This document shows, in pieces, positions 38,601 to 51,367 of a stretch of 64,000 nt of DNA. Both the position numbers and the translations under genes were made by a program. Origin of the DNA: Octopus sinensis (Eukaryota); contig NW_021833586.1 in the NCBI RefSeq assembly GCF_006345805.1, positions 1-64,000 of the forward strand, written 5' to 3'. The notes under the pieces are model-generated. The model worked only from the letters and a program-made list of their open reading frames with translations, was not told the origin of the DNA and did not search any database. How positions within the stretch are numbered: the first letter of the stretch is position 1; every line of letters begins with the position of its first letter.

Positions 38601-39976
38601 TGGGTCGGTTGGTTGACTGGTTGGCTGGTTTGTCGGTTGGTCGTCGGTCGGCTGGTTGGCTGGTTTGTCGGTTGGTCGTCGGTCGGCTGGTTGGCTGGTT
38701 TGTCGGTTGGTCGTCGGTCGGCTGGTTGGCTGTTTGTGGTTGGTTGGTGGTCGGTTGGTTGTCTGGTTGGCTGGTTTGGTCGGTTGGTCGTCGGTCGGTG
38801 TTTGTTGGCTGGTTTACTTGTTGGTTGGTGGGTCGGTTGGTTGACTGGTTGGCTGGTTGTCGGTTGGACAATGTCAGCTGGTTGGTTGGTCTGTCGGTTG
38901 GTTGACTGGTTGGCTGGTTTGTCGGTTGATGAACATATGTCAGCTGGTTGGTTGGTTTGTCGGGTGGTTTACTGGTGGGTGGGTGGGTCAGTTTTGTTAC
39001 TGGTTGGCTGGTTTGTCGGTTGGTTCGTCGGTCGGCTGGTGGCTGGTTTGTCGGTGGTTTATTGGTGGTTGGTTGGTTGGTTGGTTGGTTGACTGGTTGG
39101 CTGGTTTGTCGGTTGGGCATATGTCAGCTGGTGTGGTTGGTTGTCGGTTGGTGTTACTGGCTGGTTGGTGGGTCGGTTGGTTGACTTGTTGGCTGGTTGT
39201 CGGTTGGTCGTCGGTCGGCTGGTTGGCTGGTTTGTCGGTTGGTTGTCTTGTTAGTCGGTTTGTCGTCGGCCGACTGGTTGGCTGGTTTGTCGGTTGGTTT
39301 ACTGGTTGGTTGGTGGGTCGGTTGGTTGACTGGTTGGCTGGTTTGTCGGTTTGTCGTCGGTCGGCTGGTTGGTTGGTTTTTCGTTTAGTGGGCTGGTTGG
39401 TTGGTTGGTCGGTGGGTCTGCTGGCTGGTTGGTTTGTCGGTTGGCCGTCGGTCGGCTTGTTTACTGGTTTGTCGGCTGGTTGACTGGTTGGTTTGTCGGT
39501 TGGTTGTCTGGTTGGTTGGTTTGACTGTGGGGGTGGCTGTTTGGCTGGTTGGCTGGTTTGTCGGTTTGTTTGCTGGTTGGCTGGTGCGCCGGTTGGTTGG
39601 CTTGTTTGTTGGTTGGTTGGTTGATTCGCTGGGTGGTCGGTGGATCGGTTGGTTGGTTGCTTAGTCGATTGGTCGTGGTTCAGCTGGTTGGTTGGCTGGT
39701 GGTTTGGTTGGTCGGTTGGTCGTGGGTCGGCTTGTTAATTTGTCGGTTGGTTGGCTGGTGGGCTGATTGGTCGGTTATTCGGCTGGTTGGTTTGTTGGTC
39801 GGTTGGTCATATGTCGGCTGGATTTTTGGTTGATGGTTGGTTGGCTGGTTTGTCCGTTGGTTGGCTGGTTGGCTTGTTGGTTAGTTGGTCAACTGGTTGG
39901 TTGGTCGGCGGGTTTGCTGTTTCGCTGGTTTGTCCGTCGGTTGGCTGGTTGGTAGGTTGGTCCGCTGGTTGGTTGA
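32680..39976. repeat. 7.3-kb 28-bp (GGTT)n-derived minisatellite with variant cassettes
   Basis: Unit GGTTGGTTGACTGGTTGGCTGGTTTGTC. Cassettes include GGACATATGTCAGCTGG, GTCGTCGGCCGACTGG and GTCATCGGCCAACTGG. It degenerates toward 39-40 kb. Confidence 0.97.
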
Positions 39977-40066
39977 AGTTGCAGTTGAAGCTGTAGTTTT
40001 AGTGGTATACGTGGTAAATATAACTGAGCACTTATTGTGCATTCATAATATATGTTGTGAACGACT

Positions 40067-40108
<42 letters not shown>

Positions 40109-40939
40109 ATATATACACATATATATATACATATATTCATATATGCATACACATATATATACATATATTCACATATATACATACTCTCTTTACTCTTTTA
40201 CTTGTTTCAGTCATGTGAATGTGGCCATGCTGGAGCACCGCCTTCAGTCGATCAAATCGACCCCAGCATTTATATTTTGTAAGCCTAGTACTTTTGTTAT
40301 CGGTGTCTTTTTGCCGAACCGCTAAGTTGCGAAGACGTAAACACACCAGCATCGGTAGTCATGCGATGTTGGGGGGGACAAACACAGACACACAAACACG
40401 CACATACATATATATATATACATATATACGACCGTCTTCTTTCAGTTTCCGTCTACCATATCCACTCACAAGGCTTTGGTTGGCCCGATGCTATAGTAGA
40501 AGACACTTGACCAAGGTGCCACGCAGTGGGACTGAACCCGGACCCATGTAGTTCGTAAGCAAGCTACTTGCCACACAGCCACTCCTACGCCTATATATAT
40601 ATATATGTTTGTGTGTGTGTGTATGCGTATGTGTGTGTGTGTGTGTCATTGTCCAGTTTATTTTAAGATTTCTTCTCAATCGAGAAAGAACCGGTTTCTA
40701 ACCTAGATCCAAGTTTCCTTCATTGGAATTTCAATATCAACAACAGGGCATTTTGTTTGTATGTATCTATGTATGTATGTGCATATTTGTATGATTTATG
40801 AATGTATTCTCCTGTATATAGTTGCATATCTAGATGTGTTCATATATATTTAAATGATAAACTTCTGGAAAGTTTTACAGATTTTTAAGGTTCCAGTGAT
40901 AGTTTGAATCTGCAGTTAAAACTCACTATTTCACTACCA

Positions 40940-41830
40940 GTGAAGTAGTGGGTTTTAACTGCTATTTCTAAATTTCGGTATGTGGTGAAGCAAATTTTTG
41001 CTGAACCTTAATTATAATTATACTCATAATTATAAAATTTTTGTTTAACTTTACCGATTATGGTTCTTTTAACATACCAAACTACTTGGTAAAATTATTA
41101 ATTATTAATCAATTAATTAATTTTACACTTTATTATTATTGATAATATAATTATCTTTCTGATAGTAAACTACAGTTTTTTTTCTGTAGAATTTTACTCA
41201 TTGGCACACGTGGGTACCCTAATTATAATTATACTCATAATTATAAAAAATTTGTTTAAGTTTACCGATTATGGTTCTTTTACCATACCGAACTACTTGG
41301 TAAAATTATTAATTATTAATTAATTAATTAATTTTACCCTTTATTATTATTGATAATATAATTCTCTTTCTGATAGTAAATTACAGTTTTTTTGTCAGTA
41401 GAATTTTACTCTTTGGCACACGTGGTTGAGTGAGGAGGAATACGAGATCTCATTCGTCTGTTTAAATTCGAAACTACTGGTCATTAGATATATATTGTCT
41501 GATGACGCCTGGTCAGATAAGTATGCTTAATTTTTGCAGTGCTCTCAAATCTTGATTACTGTACTGAAGAGGAGAATGATAAAGTGGAAATGTGATTTTA
41601 CATTTTTCACATCTATCTAACTCCGAAACGCGTATACAGTTAATCAAAGCCGGGTGGATTCGTTATTTTTTTCTTTTTACCTGCGTGGGTTGATGAGTAT
41701 TGCTGTCTGGTAGATTTTTTTATGGTAGTGAAATAGTTAGTTTTAACTGCTATTTCTAAATTTTGGTATGTGGTGAAGCAAATTTTTGCTGAACCCTAAT
41801 TATAATTATACTCATAATTATAAAATTTTG
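40940..41830 (+). mobile_element. Partial-tandem hammerhead-bearing repeat (pLTR or retrozyme-like)
   Basis: ~40940-41045 recurs at ~41727-41830. There is an internal ~210-bp duplication (41006-41213 / 41217-41424) and a hammerhead at 41552-41647. Confidence 0.7.
41552..41647 (+). ncRNA. Type I hammerhead ribozyme with a perfect 12-bp helix I
   Basis: TTGATTACTGTA-CTGAAGA-GGAG(extended hairpin)CTCC-GAAACGCGT-A-TACAGTAATCAA. Helix III is the palindrome ACGCGT. Cleavage after GUA (A41635). Confidence 0.9.
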
Positions 41831-42233
41831 TATATGAGTGGCTGTGTGGTAAGTAGCTTGCTAACCAACCACATGGTTCCGGGTTCAGTCCCACTGCGTG
41901 GCATCTTGGGCAAGTGTCTTCTGCTATAGCCCCGGGCCGACCAATGCCTTGTGAGTGGATTTGGTAGAGGGAAACTGAAAGAAGCCTGTAGTATATATGT
42001 ATATATATATATGTGTGTGTTTGTGTGTCTGTGTTTGTCCCCCTAGCATTGCTTGACAACCGATGCTGGTGTGTTTACGTCCCCGTCACTTAGCGATTCG
42101 GCAAAAGAGACCGATAGAATAAGTACTGGGCTTACAAAGAATAAGTCCTGGGGTTAATTTGCTCGACTAAAGGCGGTGCTCCAGCATGGCCGCAGTCAAA
42201 TGACTGAAACAGGTAAAAGAGTAAAAGAGTAAA

Positions 42234-42270
<37 letters not shown>

Positions 42271-42814
42271 CTGTTTTTTCTTCATTTGTATTGCTTTTAC
42301 GTCCTGTTCTTGTCATTTTTTTTTTACCTCTCAGCAAAAGAGTTTTATTTAATTCGTTTTGCAGGAATGACTGCTTCGGCCGGATCGTGTTCTGCCCTTA
42401 CCTTCGAAACACACATTGAGTCGAAACAGGGGCAGCTGATGAAGGGGAATATTCCTTGTATTGTTTGTCTGGTACTACTGTTTTTCCGTGTTAAAATGTC
42501 CGTTTCCTTGTTTGATTTTATGTCTTCGTTTCTCGTTGTGTTCTACGTTTATTTGTGGGTCTGTACTCATATATGCATGTATATATACATATAGATGTAG
42601 GTGTGTACATATATGTATGTATGCGTATGCAATGTTTTATTATTAAATTGTTATCATATATATATATTATATATAATATATTCCTGAGCGTGCCAATAAT
42701 CAAAATCAAAATCATATATATATATATATATATAACAATTGCAGCATGGAATGTGTTTATAAGCCATTTAAGAAACATAAAAATCATTAGATTCACTTCA
42801 ACATTTCAATTTAA

Positions 42815-42865
42815 TTTACCAAAATATTTTCGTCGCTTTGAGACCGCGACCTGTTCACTGATAAA
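42815..42865 (-). ncRNA. Type I hammerhead ribozyme with a G3-C8 swapped core
   Basis: Minus strand TTTATCA-GTGAACA-G-GTCGC(GGTCTCAAA)GCGAC-GAAAATATT-T-TGGTAAA. Helix I is 7 bp (one G.U), helix II is 5 bp, and helix III is the palindrome AATATT. Confidence 0.7.
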
Positions 42866-43005
42866 ATTCCGTGCTGCACCTTGTTAGTTGTCATCTGAAG
42901 TGTTAAGATTGTAATGCTACCTGTTATAGATATGTGCTCGCAACGAAAAAGTGATTAAGTTTCAAAATAAGTGGATGGCTAGTATGTGTGTACGTGTGTA
43001 TCTGT

Positions 43006-43071
<66 letters not shown>

Positions 43072-43476
43072 TTGTTGACGTTTGGTAGAACAAACCGTAT
43101 AAGCAGGAATCAATAGATCAATAGATGATCAAATATGTTCTGTTTATTAAGTTTCTAAATTTTGCCGAAATATGTGCGTGTATTTATGTTTACGTATATA
43201 CCTATAAATGTCTATATGTTCGTGTGTTTGTGTTAAGGTGCGTGTGTGTATCTGACTATCTTTCTCTCTCTCTCTCTGTATATATATATATATATATATA
43301 TGCATGTGTGTGTTTATACATATACATACATATATACACAGAAAAGCACATATTTGTATATATATACACACGGTTATACATACACACACACACAAAACAT
43401 ACACAACGTACACACACCACAAAAGCATACACAACGTACACACACATGTTCATGTACACACACATACATATATATA

Positions 43477-43507
<31 letters not shown>

Positions 43508-44510
43508 CCACTTACATTACATACCCACACTAACCTAACAAACCATACTCACCCCACACACACACACACACCACACATACTCACCCCGTTAATACCCATG
43601 TTTAATGACTATAACATAACCTATACTTAACACTCTTGTCATTGTGATAAACAGATAGATTACGGAATTTTAATGCCTCGTCGTATCATCTAGAATATTT
43701 TATTTCCCATTCTACGTACTCCACCGCCCAGCACCACGGAACACCACGCAACACCACACTCCACCATCCACAAAGCTCACACTTCTTTTAATCTGCTTAC
43801 CAATTCTCTTTGTAATTCCTCTCTTCATTTTACATTCGTACAACTCATTGAACCGCGCCGAGTTGTTGAGTCAAAATCCTTTAATTTGTGAATGTAATAA
43901 TGTACGCAATAGCTAATTAAGTTTACATTTTCTTTATTCATTTACTTGTTGAATTGTTTTATTTATTCTTTCTTATAATCAGTTATTTTATTTATTTGCT
44001 TATTCATCTATTAGTTTATGAGTTCTTTTAATTAGATTGTTTGTTATCTGAAGCGTTAAGTAAGACGAGAAATACAAATAAATAAACAAATAGAACTGAA
44101 GAGTTTGATGCGAAGTATACGATATATTCTTCACTGGTGTTATACTCTTAAGTTTTTTCTACGAGGATTCTTTAAAAATCTGTTTTCTGAAATAATGTTT
44201 GTCACGTCTGTGTTGCACAGAATTGTCTTAACTTGAACGAGAACATACGATATGTATGCGCGCATATATCCACATATATAGAAGAGGAAGAGTTTGAATC
44301 ACTGGTAGCCTAAACTAATAGGTGTGCGGTATGAGTGCTCCAATTAAAATCTACTAGGGTCCAAGTTGTGGCCACCGTCCAGTAGATATAATTTAAAGAA
44401 GAGGGAAACAAAATCAAGAAAGCAAAATCAAAATCAAAATCACACACACATGCACATACAAGTGCAGGAGGTGGTCAAACTCTGCATAAGGAGTAGACAA
44501 CCACCAAATT

Positions 44511-44545
<35 letters not shown>

Positions 44546-44619
44546 AAATATATGCATATATGTGTATATATATATGTATATGTATATCCAGATGTATATA
44601 TATATATATATATATATAT

Positions 44620-44666
<47 letters not shown>

Positions 44667-44695
44667 GATATATATGTATATATATATATATATAT

Positions 44696-45281
44696 ATAAC
44701 ATAAGGGACGTTAGCCATCCGAATGTGGCTAGGGACAGGGCAGGGCGGTGGGGGTGTTACTGATGCATTTAGCCCCAGGCGATCATCAACGTCACCAGGA
44801 GGGCTGACGCCATCACGGCGTCCTCTAGCCTGCAAAGGGAGATCATTCCCCGAAGAAGCGGATGCCACATACGGACCCAGGTTTCAAGGTGTTTGCCTAT
44901 CTCGTTTAGAGAATTATTATTGCTGTCGAACAGATTTTCTACATCAGTAAATGTATTTACTGTGAAAATCTTTATATAGATAGCCTGCACAGAGAGTCGT
45001 TCGTCGAGGGGCGGTGCCTGCCATACGTTGATAATAGGCAAACACCTTGAAAACTGGGCCCGTATGTGGCACCCGCTTCTTCGGGGAATGATCTCCCTTT
45101 GCAGGCTAGAGGACGCCGTGATGGCCGTCAGCCCTCCTGGTGACGTTGATGATCGCCTGGGCTAAATGCATCAGTAACACCCCCACCGCCTGCCCTGTCC
45201 ATAGCCACATTCGGATGGCTAACGTCCCTTATGTTATGGAGCAGTTACTGTCTATATCTCGTTTAGAGAATTATTATTGCT
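44696..45281 (+). mobile_element. Fold-back pseudo-LTR-like element with a decayed hammerhead
   Basis: Inverted arms 44696-44900 and 45034-45237. Direct repeat 44898-44924 / 45255-45281 (period 357). A hammerhead-like motif lies at 45022-45066. Confidence 0.7.
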
Positions 45282-45299
45282 ATATATATATATATATAA

Positions 45300-46185
45300 C
45301 ACTTAGATAAACTTAGATATGTTTCGACCAAAGATTAGTCCAGGCCATGTCTAACTTAATAGCACCACCTGATAGGATTATTCGATTCCTGTTTAAGTCA
45401 AGTTTTGTTCAAGTAGTGAGTTCTTGTTGGGTGAGTTGTATCCAGTTTTGTTCAAGTAGTGAGTTCTTGTTGGGTGAGTTGTATTCAATTATGGGTGGCT
45501 TATCTGGTATTCTTTGAAGGAATCTATCCAGACTCTATTTAAAGTTGATGGGATCCTTTTCCTCTTTGATCTCTCTCGGGACAATGTTAAATGGGGCAGG
45601 GCCTGTTGAAGAAAAGAAATTATGTTGCAGTGTACATGTATGTTGTGATCTTGAATTGGGCAGGGGACGTATATCCCGTGGTCCAAGTCTTGGATGAACC
45701 TTGAAGCTAATGTTTAGGTCGTTTGGGCAAAGTTGGCGGTATATTTTCCACATCGTACAAATGATGAACCGCTCACGGCGACGCTGGAGGGAGTAAAGTT
45801 TCAAGGCTTTAAGGCGATCCCAATAATCGAGAGCAGCCATGCCTTCAATGCGTTTTGTGAGTGCCCTCTGGGGTGACTCAATTCTGGAGATGTTTTGTCT
45901 TGTGTGAGGAGACCACAGTGGTCAGCAGTATTCAAGGTGTGGCCGTACAAAGGAGGAAAAAAGTGGTATGATGACACATTGTTCTCTGGACCGGAAAGTT
46001 CTTAAGATCCAGGAACTCATCCTACGAGCTATATCGACCTTCTTGTTGATGTGTGCACTCCAACTGAGATCGTCATCAACAATTACACCCAGGTCTCTGA
46101 TATTGTTAGAGGCTGTGAGCGGTTCCCCTGAAGGAAGAGAGTATGGCTGTTTTAGTGAGGAGTTTCTTCCAAAATGCATCAGCTC
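45300..46185 (-). mobile_element. CR1-type LINE RT C-terminus and 3' UTR (decayed)
   Basis: RDLGVIVDDDLSWSAHI...LFSSFVRPHLEYC and LKLYSLQRRRER are characteristic CR1/L2-group RT C-terminal motifs. Confidence 0.9.
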
Positions 46186-47199
46186 AAATGTACATATATG
46201 TATATATATTTGTATATATATGTATATATAATTTATAACTTAGCGTACATGCGATTATAACTAATTACCGTGTAATCAGCAATCGTTATGTTGACTACGG
46301 TAAAAACCGGTGTTCACATACTGCGTATACCCTGTGAAAATAACATTCGATGTCGTGATATATAAATATATGTATCTTTAAAACAAAATATTTTATGGAA
46401 ATATATGAGTGGATCTATTTTGTTATTTTGTGGCATTTTTAGTTTTGAGAAGCTCAATGCCTGCATGGATAGGATTATACCTCTTTTATTATTATTATTT
46501 ATTCATTTATTTATGTGTTGGACTTGATTTGTGGATATGTATGTGTATGAGTCTATGTGTGGTGTATACATATAATTATGTGTGTATGTGCGATTGATCT
46601 GTGGATGTGCGTGTGCGTATGTGCGTTTCTTGACTAACTAACCGTAAAATTTCTTTTGTGATTCAAATTTTAAACTATAAGCCAATCGAATTAATCTAGA
46701 ATAATCAATATCAAGCGGACAGAATAACCAGACACTTAGATATGTAGATATCCGATGGATGTACTTGGTGCAGACATAACTGTATCTATTATTATTATTA
46801 TTATAATATTAATAGTAATTATTATTGACTTTTACAGGTTTATAATTTTATGAACTGAAATGTGGTTTTTCATTACTTTTCATGTATAATTCTGATTTTA
46901 ATTTAAATGTGAGTGTGCACTATCTTCTTGTGTGGTAGTTTTTAGAACTATTAACTCAATATGTAGAATAACTGAGCTTATTAATATATATTGATATATT
47001 ATTTGTTTTTTTTGTTTTGTGTATCTTGTATTATTGTATTAGTGAATATATATATATATATATATATATTATTATATATATATATATATTATATATGTGT
47101 GTGTGTAGTATTATGGTGTCTATGCACACGTCTTTATATTTTACATTTTATATTGATATGTATGCAAAAAAACATTTTTCACAATTATAATTTTATGAA

Positions 47200-47314
47200 A
47201 TTCTCTGAAGAGGCCGTGGGGCATCCTTGTTAATGTCTCATTTATACCTGCCTTATATGGCTTATAGTTAAATGAGGCATGTTTGCCCTTGCTGCCGAAA
47301 CAGCTGTCAGATAT
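47200..47314 (+). ncRNA. Type I hammerhead ribozyme with a long branched helix II
   Basis: TCT-CTGAAGA-GGC...(inner stem ATGTCTCATTTA/TAAATGAGGCAT)...GCC-GAAACAGCTGT-C-AGA. Helix III is the palindrome ACAGCTGT and cleavage is at GUC (C47308). Helix I is short (3 bp plus a bulge). Confidence 0.75.
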
Positions 47315-47494
47315 GATATAATTACATATTATATTTTATATTTTATATTTCTATTTCCTTGTCTAATTATATTTACAATAATTTTGTATAATGCCTTTAC
47401 TGTATGTAATGGTGTAATAAAGTATTGATTGGGTATCATCGTTGGTATGATCTTTGATTGGTTGATGTCTCCATTTTCTAATTTTGTATGAGAG

Positions 47495-47670
47495 CGCAAT
47501 GGCCTAGTGGTTAGGGCAGCGGACTCGCGGTCGCAGGATCGCGGTTTCGATTTTCAGACTGGGCGTTGTGTGTGTTTATTGAGCGAAAAGACCTAAAGCT
47601 CTACGAGGCTCCGCAGGGGTGGTGATCCCTGCTGTACTCTTTCACTCTTTCACTACAATGGCGGTGCCCC
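47495..47670 (+). mobile_element. Partial family C SINE
   Basis: GCGCAATGGCCTAGTGGTTAGGGCAGCGGACTCGCGG head. A shorter head fragment lies at 50182-50222. Confidence 0.8.
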
Positions 47671-47840
47671 AGCATGCCCAGCTCAAGAGCGAAACTGGAT
47701 AAATCAAAACAAAACAAAACAAATATATATAATATATATATATTATATATATGTGTGTGGTGTGTGTGTGTAATATATACATATATACAAATATTATACA
47801 TATATATGTACATATATATATACACATATATATCTATTAT

Positions 47841-47882
<42 letters not shown>

Positions 47883-48290
47883 TTCTATATATGTCCCCTC
47901 CCACAATATTTCCGACCTTGTGCCTATTGCAGAAATTGTTGGCCTTGTGCGTGATTTTTGTTAGCCCTTGTGGCCAATAAACGAACGAATTATTATTATT
48001 ATTATTATTATTATTATCATTGTAACAAGGAGGTCTTTTATTTATTGGCTACGACGAAAATGAGGACAATAACGTAAACACACACAATGGCCAAATGTTA
48101 AACAGACTTGGTATTTGATACAACTTTGTATTTGAAATCTGTTTTTTTTCGTTTTACTCTTTATCAAACAGATAAGAATGAAAGTAAAGACTGCTGATTA
48201 GATGTGACTATATATATGTATGTATTTACGTATGTATGTATGTATGTACGTATGTATGTATGTATGTATACATATATGTATGTATATATG

Positions 48291-48322
<32 letters not shown>

Positions 48323-48365
48323 ATATATATATGCATATGTTGTATATATATATATATATATGTAC

Positions 48366-48397
<32 letters not shown>

Positions 48398-48534
48398 GTA
48401 CATATATATATATATATATATGTATATGTATATATATAATATTACATATATATGTATATGTATATATATATGTATATGTATCTATGTATATGTATATATA
48501 TATATATATACATATATATGTATGTATATATATT

Positions 48535-48603
<69 letters not shown>

Positions 48604-50041
48604 TATATATATACACATATATATATATTTGACAGTTATTTTAATTATCCCATTTTAATGTTATCAGTTACTTGTCATTGTTCATTTTTGTCTCATTAGA
48701 CGAGAGGAGCCGTGTTGTCCAACCTTGCTACTATTATATACGGATACGTGTATACACACATGCATAATGCGCGTGTGCGTGTGTGTATGTATGTTCATGT
48801 ATATATATATATATATATATGTATGCATGTAACCTTCTGTATTATGACTACTGTAAGAAAGACCAATCTGTGTGTTCGATATAAACATGAACTATTCAAA
48901 TAGCAATTTTGTCCAGAGGGTGTTGTTAAAGGCTCAGTCCAACATCCGAATTGGTCGTACAGGTGCATATTGTCATCTGGGATACTTATAAGAATACTCT
49001 TTTACCCTTTTACTTGTTTCAGTCATTTGACTGCGGCCATGCTGGAGCACCACCTTTAGTCGAGCAAATCGACACCAGGACTTATTCTTTGTAAGCCTCG
49101 TACTTATTCTTTCGGTCTCTTTTGCCGAGCCGCTAAGTTACGGGGACGTAAACACACCAGCATCGGTTGTCAAGCGATTTTGGGGGGTACAAACACAGAC
49201 ACACAAACACACACACATACATACATACATATGTACGACGGGCTTCTTTCAGTTTCTGTCTACCAAATCCACACACAAGGCTTTGGTCGGCCCGAGGCTA
49301 TAGTAGAAGACACTTGCCCAAAGTGCCACGCAGTGGGATTGAACCCGGAACCATGTGGTTGGCAAGCAAGCTACTTACCACACAGCCACTCCTGCGCCTA
49401 TGTCGAACTATTTGTCGTTTTTGTTAGAGCGTCGTACTCACAAACTTGAGATAGTGAGTTCGATTTCCGGACCGGGCTGCGTGTTGTGTTCTTGAGCAAA
49501 ACACTTTATTTCACGTGGCTCCAGTTCACTCAGCTGTGGAAAGGATTTGCGACGTCATAAGTGCCAAGCTGTATCGGTCTTTGCCTTTCCCTCGGATAAC
49601 ATCGGTACCATGGAGAAGGGGTGCTGGTATGCATGGGCGACTGATAGTCCTCCATAAACAAGCTCACTCGGGCTTCTGTCTTGGAAAGTACATTTCTAGG
49701 TTCAATCCCATCGTCATTCCTGACCGAAGGGTGTCTTTACGCTTACCCTTTATGTATGTACGCATTTTTATATGCTTGTATAGCTGAAAGAAGTTTAAAG
49801 AAATATATGTATATATGTATGTACGTATATTTACATTGGTTTAACATTTTAGCACGAGGCCAGCAATCTTCGGAAAGGGGCTAACCGATAACATTGACCC
49901 CACTACTCAACTTGTACTTATTTTATCGATCCCGAAATTATGAAAGGCGAAGCCGACCTCGCAGGAATTTCAGCTCATATTTTACTATACATATCCATCA
50001 TTTTCTGTTAAAAGGACTTATAGACGAGTTTCATTTCTTCA

Positions 50042-50128
50042 TTTTCCGGAAGAGAAGATTACATTGTTTTACACCATTATATTCCTTTGGAATAATACCA
50101 ATGATATCTTCGAAACATGTGTCGGAAG
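50042..50128 (+). ncRNA. Type I hammerhead ribozyme (U4G variant or mutated copy)
   Basis: TTTTC-CGGAAGA-GAAGAT(...)ATCTTC-GAAACATGTGT-C-GGAAG. Helix II is 6 bp plus an extension. Cleavage at GUC (C50123). Confidence 0.65.
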
Positions 50129-51367
50129 GAAAAGAATTTGAATAACACCTGTATTTAACTCCATATATTTATATATATATAGTGGAGGCACCACATGGCC
50201 CAGTGGTTAGGGCAGCGGACTCGCTATGATGCTATCTATGAAGCCTAACACCTAACCATAACCCTATTTTTAAAAGGGCCCGAGAACATTTACTGGATTG
50301 CAGTGTGTTTCAAAGCTGGATGTGAGATTATGGATAGAATGATGTCTATTTGATCAGTTTTCATTTGGGGCTATAGAACATCAACAACAATATCAAAAAC
50401 ATATATATTAAGCAGCTTACAAGCAACGACATTAAAATAATAAAGCGACAGCGATAGCACCTTTACGTGGTCGCACAAATTGCTAGAAACAGCAGTCAAG
50501 AATCTTTAAAACTGACTACCATCTAAAAAGTGTGTATATAAAAAATATCGGATAAGGACCCTCGGGTGACATCACACTTGAGAAAATAAGAGGAGATGGT
50601 CACAGCTGGAATGGTATTCATCATTGATCTATCCAGTTAGGGTTAACCTGTGGTCTAAACCATTAAAAGCAACAGTGACAAATCGAAGACAATAACGATG
50701 ATATACAGAGTGCGGTAAAAATTCTCACCCATTTACGTTTAATGTGAAAGGTGAATCTGGAAGATTGTTTTAGTCGCAAGTTATGTGACTGAAAGGAACT
50801 GCCATCCAACCAGGTTAAGAAACATGTCGCTTACGTCGTTGATTATTATAATATATTTAGTTGACATTTAGATAGTTGAATTTATTGTCATTGTTGCTCA
50901 AAACATGTTCATATTAAGAGAGAATGAGGTTTAGATGAGGGAGAGGGGAAAGAGAAAGGTAGGGTGATGGTGGTGGTGGTGGTAGTGGTGGTGGTGGCAC
51001 AAAAACAAATCTTAAGATATTTGATATCACATACGACAAGCTGAGTGGGTGGTCGCTGTCGTCAACGTCATGACGTAAGAAGCGAAATAAACATCTCGTA
51101 TTTATATATACTCCTTTGATATGTGTGTGCATGTGTATGTGTGTGCGCATGTGTGCGTGTGTGCGTGCCTGCATATGTATTTCATAAATACTTATTGACA
51201 TATTCTTCTTATGTGTGTGTCCGTGTGTGTGTGTGTGTGCGTGTGTGTGTGTGTGTGTGTTGTGTGTGTGTGTGCGTGTGTGCGTGTGTGCGTGTGTGCG
51301 TGTGTGTATGTGTGTGTGCGTGCGCGCGTGTATAATTATGCGCGCATGTATATGCAGAAATAAACAT

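Noticed and set aside
32542-39120. QPTN-rich ORFs up to 1137 aa (-) and W/L/V/G-rich ORFs (+)
   Set aside because: Stop-free translations of the 28-bp minisatellite in several frames, with no unique domain or splice evidence.
41428-41510. Second hammerhead-like arrangement (GAAAC..GTC..CTGATGA) upstream of the 41552 ribozyme
   Set aside because: Helix I and helix II pairing fail for both type I and type II arrangements.
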